Assembly (NCBI GenBank): GCA_015063685.1
Contig: SVTR01000014.1
Coordinates: 2,717-66,716 of the forward strand
Source: Oscillospiraceae bacterium
Lineage (GTDB): Bacteria > Bacillota > Clostridia > Oscillospirales > CAG-272
Length of the DNA stretch: 64,000 nucleotides
Direction of reading: 5' to 3'
How positions within the stretch are numbered: the stretch's first letter is position 1; each line of letters opens with the position of its first letter. The notes beneath the pieces were generated by a model, which did not search any database, was not told the DNA's origin, and worked only from the letters and a program-made list of their open reading frames with translations. This document shows, piece by piece, positions 10,255-17,469 of the stretch. The position numbers and the translations under genes were made by a program.

Positions 10255-10271
10255 CGGTTCTCTCCGTTATT

Positions 10272-10300
10272 ATTATATCACGACGAATCCGCTTTGTCAA
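10272..10300 (-). promoter_or_regulatory. Perfect consensus sigma-A promoter driving the mini-cistron
   Basis: Minus strand TTGACA (10300..10295), exactly 17 nt, TATAAT (10277..10272). Confidence 0.65.
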
Positions 10301-10544
10301 CTATTTTTTTGAACTTCATATGAGGGCTTTTTCGATCAGAAACGCTTTTTCTTTGATTGGTGACTCAGTTTTTGAGTCACCAATCTTTCTTCCATATCCT
10401 TTTGCGGCTGCTTCACCCAAGCGCTTTTGCCCCCATTCTTGACCATAGGCCGATTTGGAAGCGATGGAGTTAAGAGTGGTCCAAAGCGATCAAATCGGAG
10501 TGAAAACCACTACATATAGTTTTTTGGAGATAAAATACACTATA

Positions 10545-10705
10545 GGGCATCTCTAAATACTTAGTGTGCGGCGAGATGCGAGGGATTTTTTCGTCAGACT
10601 AAACAAAAATCTGCGCGCATAGTCGTCCCTATGCGAAAGAATTTTGTGACGTATGACGGAAAAAGCACCGTCATATCGGCGTGCGATGAGTTTTTAGAGA
10701 TGCCC
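10545..10705 (+). mobile_element. MITE family 1, copy A (161 bp)
   Basis: 13-bp perfect TIR GGGCATCTCTAAA / TTTAGAGATGCCC, flanked by TATA on both sides. By eye it differs from copy C at 2 positions. Confidence 0.85.
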
Positions 10706-10731
10706 TATACTTGCGCTTAGGGTAATAGAGA

Positions 10732-12963
10732 TCAGAAGTTCGGTGACAGAGCCAACGTTTCATTCGTTGGCTCTGTTTGGGGAGAAGCATCCTCCTCTCC
10801 TTCCGTCTTATCTTCAATATCTGTTGCTTGGGTAGACATCTCCTGCCAGACGGAAAAATGGAGATGACAGCAATCCGCGGGTTCTGTTCCCTCCACAAAC
10901 CACCCCACCATAGGTGGGTGCAGATCTCCCAGAGCGTCATAGCAATCCGGGGTAGCGATCTCTCCCGTCAGAGGACAAAGCTTGACGGGAACCACACCGT
11001 CACATACCTCAAAGGATGACCTCCTGTCGACGCCCCGATAGATCTTCTCGCAAGCCATCATGACGTCATCCCAGATATCAATGGAGGGATTGCCGATAAT
11101 GCCGTCCAAGGGTGCGGGATAGTCGTAGCCCATCCACACGCCGCAGAGCAGCTTGGGGGTATAGCCCACAAACCAGCGGTCACAGTTGTTCTGGGTAGTT
11201 CCTGTTTTACCCGCGGAGGGGATCCCCATCTCATCTGTCAAAAGCAACCCTGCGGCGGTACCATCCGACGTCACGGATGACAAAAGCTTGGTCATGACGC
11301 AAGCCTCGGCGGGAGACAGAACCCTTTCGCCCGTGGTGGAATTTTCCATGAGCACCCTTCCCTTTTCGTCCAGTACTCGGCGGTAGGAAATCGGTGGATG
11401 ATACACCCCCTCGGAGAAAATGGTATATCCCCCTGTCAACCCTCGTACGGTCACCCCCACGCTGTTCTGCCCCAACGCCAGGGAGGCTATGGTCATGTCT
11501 CCCACATTTTCCGCCGTGGGAGGTAAAAGCTCGCTTAAACGGAGGGTATCGTGAAGAAAATCAAAGGAGCGCTCCATCCCCACACGCCGCAAAATCTCCA
11601 CCGCAACCGTGTTCAAGGAATGGGAAACACTATCCCGTACCGTGACCCGTCCACGGTAGAGGCCATCCGCGTTTTGCGGCCAGGGACGCCCGTTCAGCTC
11701 TTCCAAGGGCACGTCCTCAAAAATACTGCTCCAAGTAATGACCCCATCCTTCAGGGCGGGGGTATATACGCTGAGGGGCTTGATGGCCGAGCCCGCGGGA
11801 CGGCGGGTCTGGGTGGCGTAATTTTGCAAATAGTATCCGTCTTTTTTTCCGATGGCACCCGCCACCGCCAGGATATCACCGGTATAGGGATCCATGATGA
11901 CGGCGGCAGATTGGGGTCTGCCATCGGTTCCCACAGGAAAATGCCCGATGGTTTCATAGTAGGACGTCAGGATTTCTTGAAGCGTCTCATCCATGGACGT
12001 TTCGATCCGAAGTCCGCCACTCGACAAAAGCAGCATGGCTCTTTCATAGCTGTAATCCAATCGCTCCTGCAAATCTCTCACCACGTCGGATATCACCATT
12101 TCTGTATACCAGGAGGTCACGGTGGTTGCGGACGAGGGCGCATCGCAGATCACCGGGGTTTCAGACATCGCCTCCGCGTACCGTACATCGTCAATATACC
12201 CCTGATCCCTCATCTCCCGCAGGATGATCTCCCGCCGCTGACGGTTTTCTTCGGGATGGGTGCGAGGATTGTAAAGGGTGGGGCGATTGGTGATGGCCGC
12301 TAAAGCGGCGCATTCTGCCAGGCTCAGCTCTGAGGGTTGCTTTTGAAAATAACAGGCAGACGCCGCCCCCACGCCCATACAACCGCTCCCCAAATTGATG
12401 ATATTAAGGTAGACCTCCAGGATCTTCCTTTTATCAGCTCTTCGCTCCAGGTCAAGGGCCGTAAACATCTCGGTCAGCTTTCTCTCGGGTGTCCGGTCAC
12501 GGTTCCCCGTGAGGTTTTTCACCACCTGCTGGGTGATGGTAGACCCTCCGAAGGAAGCGTTTCCCCGATGGATCAGATAATCCCAAACCGCATGGGCCGT
12601 TCGTTTGAAATCCACCCCTTCATGAGTAAAAAATCGTTTATCCTCAATGGCAACAAAGGCGTTGATCAGATCTTCGGGCACATCCTCGTAGGTCACAGGG
12701 ATCTGTTGGTGGATCTCCATCGGCAGTCCTTCGTCCAGCAAGTGATATCTGAACTCTCCCCCTCCCTTGGCTTCGGGATCCGCCGCATACAATCGGGCGG
12801 GGTTACTTTCCTCGTTCAAGGTCAAAAGACTCATATCCATGGTGGCACGGCTATAAGGCAACAGAAACAAAACCACTCCCACAACCGCCGTCATCAGCAG
12901 CAAAAAAAAGGTACACAGAACAACCAATAGTCGTTTTTTTCTTCTGATTTTTTTCTTTTTCAT
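10732..12963 (-). CDS. Class A penicillin-binding protein (PBP1A-type transglycosylase/transpeptidase)
   Basis: GT51 motifs AIEDKRFFTHEGVD and GGSTITQQ; transpeptidase SAIKP, SHSLN and KTGTT. ATG at 12963 (MKKKKIRRKK... then a TM helix) is preferred over the TTG at 13023. Confidence 0.9.
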   Translation of the reverse strand: MKKKKIRRKKRLLVVLCTFFLLLMTAVVGVVLFLLPYSRATMDMSLLTLNEESNPARLYAADPEAKGGGEFRYHLLDEGLPMEIHQQIPVTYEDVPEDLINAFVAIEDKRFFTHEGVDFKRTAHAVWDYLIHRGNASFGGSTITQQVVKNLTGNRDRTPERKLTEMFTALDLERRADKRKILEVYLNIINLGSGCMGVGAASACYFQKQPSELSLAECAALAAITNRPTLYNPRTHPEENRQRREIILREMRDQGYIDDVRYAEAMSETPVICDAPSSATTVTSWYTEMVISDVVRDLQERLDYSYERAMLLLSSGGLRIETSMDETLQEILTSYYETIGHFPVGTDGRPQSAAVIMDPYTGDILAVAGAIGKKDGYYLQNYATQTRRPAGSAIKPLSVYTPALKDGVITWSSIFEDVPLEELNGRPWPQNADGLYRGRVTVRDSVSHSLNTVAVEILRRVGMERSFDFLHDTLRLSELLPPTAENVGDMTIASLALGQNSVGVTVRGLTGGYTIFSEGVYHPPISYRRVLDEKGRVLMENSTTGERVLSPAEACVMTKLLSSVTSDGTAAGLLLTDEMGIPSAGKTGTTQNNCDRWFVGYTPKLLCGVWMGYDYPAPLDGIIGNPSIDIWDDVMMACEKIYRGVDRRSSFEVCDGVVPVKLCPLTGEIATPDCYDALGDLHPPMVGWFVEGTEPADCCHLHFSVWQEMSTQATDIEDKTEGEEDASPQTEPTNETLALSPNF

Positions 12964-13137
12964 ATGGTTTTGCCTTTCCCTGACGACATCCGCAATTTCT
13001 TTTTTCGGATCGAAGATGCCCAAAATAAATCGCCATTATTATATGTCAAAAGTGAATATTTACACCTGCGATGAGACATGATAATACCGACACGCAAGGC
13101 AGATTTTGCATTGAAAACCAAAAAGAAAGGGCATCTT

Positions 13138-13896
13138 ATGAAGACTATCACCAAAATCATCATTTTTTGTCTCATCGGCGTCACGCTGCTGGGCACGCTT
13201 CTGAACGTCGGATTTTTCTGCGAGCTTTACGCCGAGACCCGATCCATAGCGAAAAACAATCTCAGTCGCTGGATTTCCACCCAAAATGACCTGGATCGTC
13301 TGGAGGGGGCCATCTCGGTATTTTTTGATTTCAAGGGGAATCACTATCCCCAAAATACCCCAGAGAGTGAGGAGACACAAAAAATCCAAGAATTCGATAC
13401 CGCCGACGAAACCTCGGAAAGCACACCCGCAGAGACGGTAGCTATGACCGAACCTGCAACAGAGGCCGTGAGCGAGGCTGTCACCGAACCCGTGACCGAA
13501 GCCGCAACCGAAGAAGCTACAGAAGAGGTGACCGAAGTATTTGACAAAATAGATCCCGAAGATTCCACCGAGGCCGTTTTCGATGGAGAGACCGAGGCGG
13601 TGACTGATCCCCGGGAGGAAACAGAAACCGACGCGAATCAGTGGGACGAGCCCTCCGAAGAAGAAACCGCGAATACCGAGGAAACAGTAGCGGAAGTGGA
13701 TACAAGCGTCGGCATCATCTACACCATCAAAATCCACGACGGCATCATCGGCGTCTTTGACAATGAAGGCAATCTGTTGGACACCGTCAACGTGGTGGTC
13801 ATTACCCTGCCCATCGCTGACCGCGAAGCCCTGGATCGAGGCATCACCGCCTGCGGCACCGAGGAACTGCGCAAGATCCTGGAAAGAATTGCCTGA
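13138..13896 (+). CDS. Membrane-anchored hypothetical protein with an acidic T/E/A-rich linker and a small C-terminal domain
   Basis: N-terminal TM helix (MKTITKIIIFCLIGVTLLGTLL), ~130 aa of low complexity (TEPATEAVSEAVTEPVTEAATEEATEEV), then a ~60-aa folded-looking tail. No family recognised. Confidence 0.6.
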   Translation: MKTITKIIIFCLIGVTLLGTLLNVGFFCELYAETRSIAKNNLSRWISTQNDLDRLEGAISVFFDFKGNHYPQNTPESEETQKIQEFDTADETSESTPAETVAMTEPATEAVSEAVTEPVTEAATEEATEEVTEVFDKIDPEDSTEAVFDGETEAVTDPREETETDANQWDEPSEEETANTEETVAEVDTSVGIIYTIKIHDGIIGVFDNEGNLLDTVNVVVITLPIADREALDRGITACGTEELRKILERIA

Positions 13897-13908
13897 CCAT
13901 GAACAACT

Positions 13909-13966
13909 ATTAACAAAAGGGAACCTCTAAAAACTCCATTGATGAGCAAGCCGCAAGGGAGTTTTT
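13909..13966. mobile_element. MITE family 2, minimal 58-bp copy (E)
   Basis: GGGAACCTCTAAAAACTC ... GAGTTTTTAGAGGTGACC inverted ends, flanked by AAAA on both sides. Confidence 0.7.
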
Positions 13967-13984
13967 AGAGGTGACCAAAAAAGC

Positions 13985-14020
13985 ATCTAAAAAACCTCGC
14001 GAGGCCCATAGTGGCCAAGC
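13985..14020 (+). terminator. Intrinsic terminator
   Basis: CCTCGC (13985..13990) / GCGAGG (14009..14014) followed by TTTTCT. Confidence 0.55.
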
Positions 14021-14033
14021 GAGGTTTTCTTAT

Positions 14034-14194
14034 GGGCATCTCTAAATACTCAGCGTGCGGCGAGATGCGAGGGATTTTTTCGTCAGACTAAACAAAAATC
14101 TGCACGCATAGTTGACCCTATGCGAAAGAATTTTGTGACGTATGACGGAAAAAGCACCGCTATATCGGCGTGCGATGAGTTTTTAGAGATGCCC
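14034..14194 (+). mobile_element. MITE family 1, copy B (161 bp)
   Basis: Same TIRs as copy A, flanked by TTAT on both sides. Its end lies 6 nt from the murE stop codon. Same subfamily as copy D (central hairpin loop TTGACC). Confidence 0.85.
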
Positions 14195-14200
14195 TTATGA

Positions 14201-15709
14201 TCAGGAATTGCCCGAAGCATAGTCCGAAAGAGCATTCAGCAGAACGTTTTTCTCACGGTACGCCACCTTTTGCTCTCCAACGAGCTGGTAGGTCTCGTGC
14301 CCCTTGCCCGCAAGCAGGATCATATCCCCGGGCCTTGCGACAGAAACGGCATACGCCACCGCCTCGGTGCGGTCGGAGATCATCACACGGGGACAGCTCC
14401 CCTCCGGGTACGCAGCGTCGATTTCCCGAAGGATGGCCTCGGGATCCTCTCGCCCGGGGTTGTCCGAGGTCAGGATGCAAAGATCGGCACGGATCCCCGT
14501 CACCTCGGCCAGCTCCCGACGCCGTTCCTTGGTACGCTCTCCCACAGAGCCGAAAAGACAGATCAGTCTCTCAGGGTGGTAGCTCCGCAACAGATCCAGC
14601 ATGGAGGCCATGCTGACGGCGTTGTGGGCGTAGTCGATGACATACAACACATGATCGTGGAAGACCGTCTCGAACCGCCCGGGGACGGTGGCCGTCTCCA
14701 GACTTTTACAGGCGTTCTCTACGGGTATACCATAGATCAGATGAGCCATGGCCATGGCACACAGGGCGTTTTTGACGTTGAACTCCCCCGGCTGAGGCAA
14801 AAAATGCATATGGGACAAGGCAAGGCCTTGAATTTTCAGGCCGTATTCCATGCCGGGGATGCCGTTTCGGATGACCCCTTGGATGGCCGTGGTGGTCCAG
14901 GCGGCGTCGGGGTGTCCCTTCGTGGAAAAGCCGACGATATCGGCAGGATCACCTTTCGTCATATCAGGCAAAGCGGGATCATCCAGGTTGCAAACCGTGA
15001 AATCGTGGGGATAGTCGGTAAACAGACGGTGCTTACAGGCGGCATAGTCGGCCATATCGGGATGCTCGTTGCCGCCAATGTGATCCGGAGAGAGATTGGT
15101 GAAAGCACAGACACGGAAGGAAAGGCCATAGGTGCGGTAAAGCTTGAGGCCCTGGGAGGAAACCTCCATCACCGCGGCGATCATCCCAGCATCCAGCATC
15201 TCACGTAAATATGCGTAGATCAGGAGGCTGTCAGGGGTGGAATTGACGGTAGGGTAGTGCTTGTCACCGAAAATAATGCCGTTCGTCCCCATGTAACCCG
15301 TAGGAACACCTGCATCGTTCAGAATTTTTTGAAGGAACAAGGCGGTGGTGGTTTTCCCCTTCGTGCCCGTGATGGCGAACAAGTCCATTTCCCGTTCGGG
15401 ATGTCCGTAAAAGGCGGCGGCAGCTTCAGCTTCCGCGATGCGGGTATCGGGAACTAGGATCTGCAACGCGTCGTCGGGCAAATCCAGAATTCGCTCCACC
15501 AGAAAATATCGACAGCCCTGATCATAGGCCTTCCGCGCATAGGCATGACCGTCGGAGGTAAAGCCCTTGATGCATACAAAAAGGCTGTCCTCTGAGGATT
15601 TTCTCGAATCCACGCAGACGGCAGATACGCCGGCTTTTTTCGAGGGTGCTTGCCCCGAGAGCGTGGCGTTTGACAGCTCCGCTATGATGGAAAATAAGGA
15701 AACGGACAT
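14201..15709 (-). CDS. murE: UDP-N-acetylmuramoyl-L-alanyl-D-glutamate--2,6-diaminopimelate ligase
   Basis: Mur ligase P-loop ITGTKGKTTT and C-terminal TSDNPGRED (DNPR-type, meso-DAP adding). ATG at 15709 follows AAGGA. Confidence 0.85.
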   Translation of the reverse strand: MSVSLFSIIAELSNATLSGQAPSKKAGVSAVCVDSRKSSEDSLFVCIKGFTSDGHAYARKAYDQGCRYFLVERILDLPDDALQILVPDTRIAEAEAAAAFYGHPEREMDLFAITGTKGKTTTALFLQKILNDAGVPTGYMGTNGIIFGDKHYPTVNSTPDSLLIYAYLREMLDAGMIAAVMEVSSQGLKLYRTYGLSFRVCAFTNLSPDHIGGNEHPDMADYAACKHRLFTDYPHDFTVCNLDDPALPDMTKGDPADIVGFSTKGHPDAAWTTTAIQGVIRNGIPGMEYGLKIQGLALSHMHFLPQPGEFNVKNALCAMAMAHLIYGIPVENACKSLETATVPGRFETVFHDHVLYVIDYAHNAVSMASMLDLLRSYHPERLICLFGSVGERTKERRRELAEVTGIRADLCILTSDNPGREDPEAILREIDAAYPEGSCPRVMISDRTEAVAYAVSVARPGDMILLAGKGHETYQLVGEQKVAYREKNVLLNALSDYASGNS

Positions 15710-15726
15710 ACGCACATCCTTTCGTA

Positions 15727-16125
15727 TCAACAAGATTTTCGAACCAAGGGAGCAAGAAGATCTCCCTTGTCGGGCAGGCTCAGGATCACATAACGGCTTT
15801 CCAAGGCTTCGGAATTGCGGGCAACAAAATCCTCCGCTGCACGGTCACAAGGATACAGCGCTAAAATACCGTGTTGCTCTGATGCAAAGTCCAGAAGAAT
15901 CTGCAAAAGGAGATTGTCGGATATCTCATCCATCGGTGCAGGCAGGCGGTACCGCTTGGCGTAGAACAAAAGTCTGAGATTTCTTCCCCGTCCAAACCAG
16001 TGAGCCGTGACCTGATGACGGAGATAAATCTCCTCAGCGGCTCTCCCCGCGGTTTTGGGTTCGCCCAGGAGCACCGGAATAGCGGTGGTATAAAGATATC
16101 CTGTATGATCCTGTGGGTAATTCAT
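15727..16125 (-). CDS. Hypothetical protein (132 aa)
   Basis: ORF with host-like GC content, placed between a consensus promoter and murE. No motif recognised. Confidence 0.45.
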   Translation of the reverse strand: MNYPQDHTGYLYTTAIPVLLGEPKTAGRAAEEIYLRHQVTAHWFGRGRNLRLLFYAKRYRLPAPMDEISDNLLLQILLDFASEQHGILALYPCDRAAEDFVARNSEALESRYVILSLPDKGDLLAPLVRKSC

Positions 16126-16164
16126 GCCGCCGTCCCTTCTTTGAATACCTGAATTATTTATTTT

Positions 16165-16193
16165 ATTATAGCATACACCGAGGGGAATGTCAA
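16165..16193 (-). promoter_or_regulatory. Perfect consensus sigma-A promoter (hypothetical gene-murE)
   Basis: Minus strand TTGACA (16193..16188), 17 nt, TATAAT (16170..16165). It lies 12 nt from the edge of repeat array 1. Confidence 0.6.
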
Positions 16194-16204
16194 TTGATGG
16201 ATCA

Positions 16205-16469
16205 TAAATTGTTGTTTAGCGTGGGCTTACTATGAACCCGTAGGGGCGAACTGCGTTCGCCCGCCGTTCTCCAAAAGCCTTTGCTTATCAATATACTTTT
16301 TATTACGGGCGAACACAGTTCGCCCCTACGACCACGTTGGTCAGAAAACCGTAAACAACAATTTATCCGCCCAACTACCCATTGCGGGATGCGGTACGCA
16401 CAGGATGCACTACCCCGAGCGTTGGCCGCGGCACGGCCGCCCCCACCGCAGGTGGTAAACAACAATTTA
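16205..16469 (+). repeat. Mosaic repeat array 1: TIR/REP-doublet element (module I, 16205..16365) plus half-palindrome module II
   Basis: Boundaries are AAATTGTTGTTT (16206) and AAACAACAATTT (16353, 16457), with TA at the outer flanks. Internal REP doublet 16240..16329 (GTAG-GGGCGAAC-TGC-GTTCGCCC ... GGGCGAAC-ACA-GTTCGCCC-CTAC). Confidence 0.85.
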
Positions 16470-16494
16470 CACGACCAAAATTTTCTCCTCCCCC

Positions 16495-16523
16495 TTGCAA
16501 AATCTCGCCAATTATCGTATAAT
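16495..16523 (+). promoter_or_regulatory. Near-consensus sigma-A promoter for the GNAT gene
   Basis: TTGCAA (16495..16500), 17 nt, TATAAT (16518..16523). Confidence 0.55.
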
Positions 16524-16555
16524 GATATACGGTAACGCTTTTCCGGGAGGTCATC

Positions 16556-17134
16556 ATGAAAAAAAACAGTATTTACCAGCTATTTTCCCATATTCCTACC
16601 CTGGAGACTCCGCGTTTGACCCTACGCGGCATGCGCGTCTCAGATGCTGAAGACATGTTTGCCTATGCGCAGCATGAGCCCGTTACCCGCTTTCTCACCT
16701 GGACGCCTCATCCCAATATCAAGCACACCAAAGAATATTTGACCTATGTGGGTCAGCGATATCGCACGGGGGATTTCTTTGACTGGGCGGTCGTCTGTAA
16801 GAAAGACAGCCGCATGATCGGCACCTGCGGATTTACGTCCTTTAATTTCTCCTCGGATTCAGCTGAGATCGGATACGTGATAAATCCCGACTACCAAGGA
16901 CAGGGTCTTGCCACCGAAGCGGTGCAAGAGGTCATCCGCTTTGGATTTGAGAATCTGTCACTCCATCGCATTGAAGCCAAGTTCATGCAAGAAAATACCC
17001 GCTCCAGGCGGCTCATGGAGCGGGTGGGTATGCAATTTGAAGGGTATGCGCGGGAATCCATGAAAATCAAAGGTGAATACCGCACCATCGGAAGGTGCGG
17101 AATCCTCAAGAGAGAGTGGGAGGAAGCAAGGTAA
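16556..17134 (+). CDS. GNAT-family N-acetyltransferase (RimJ/RimL-like)
   Basis: 192 aa with acetyl-CoA motif QGQGLATEA and LHRIEAKF. GGGAGG SD. The TAA stop (17132..17134) is shared with the first bases of repeat array 2. Confidence 0.85.
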   Translation: MKKNSIYQLFSHIPTLETPRLTLRGMRVSDAEDMFAYAQHEPVTRFLTWTPHPNIKHTKEYLTYVGQRYRTGDFFDWAVVCKKDSRMIGTCGFTSFNFSSDSAEIGYVINPDYQGQGLATEAVQEVIRFGFENLSLHRIEAKFMQENTRSRRLMERVGMQFEGYARESMKIKGEYRTIGRCGILKREWEEAR

Positions 17135-17469
17135 ATGTTGTTGCCGGCCGTGCCGGCTGCCAAAGCTCGGGGGAGTATATCATATGCCTACTGCATCACG
17201 CGATGGGTGGTTAGGCAGCTAAATTGTTGTTTAGCGGAGGTTTAATGAAAACCCGTAGGGGCGAACTGCGTTCGCCCGCCGTCCCCCAAAAGCCTTTGCT
17301 TATCAATATACTTTTTATTACGGGCGAACACAGTTCGCCCCTACGACCATGTTGCTCAGAAAACCGTAAACAACAATTTATCTGACCAACTGCCCATCGC
17401 GGTATGTGGCCTGCATGGGTTGAATAACCCCGAGCCAAAGCCCCACCGCGGGTGGTAAACAACAATTTA
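17132..17469. repeat. Mosaic repeat array 2: II' (inverted) - module I (17220..17380) - II palindromic composite
   Basis: Boundary motifs at 17133 (degenerate AAATGTTGTTG), 17221, 17368 and 17457. REP doublet 17255..17344. The left and right arms are diverged inverted copies of each other. Confidence 0.85.

Noticed and set aside
10441-10500. Hairpin CCGATTTG...CAAATCGG and a 37-codon basic ORF in the AT-rich spacer between MITE A and the mini-cistron promoter
   Set aside because: There is no SD, promoter or terminator context and no recognisable RNA family. I left it unannotated.
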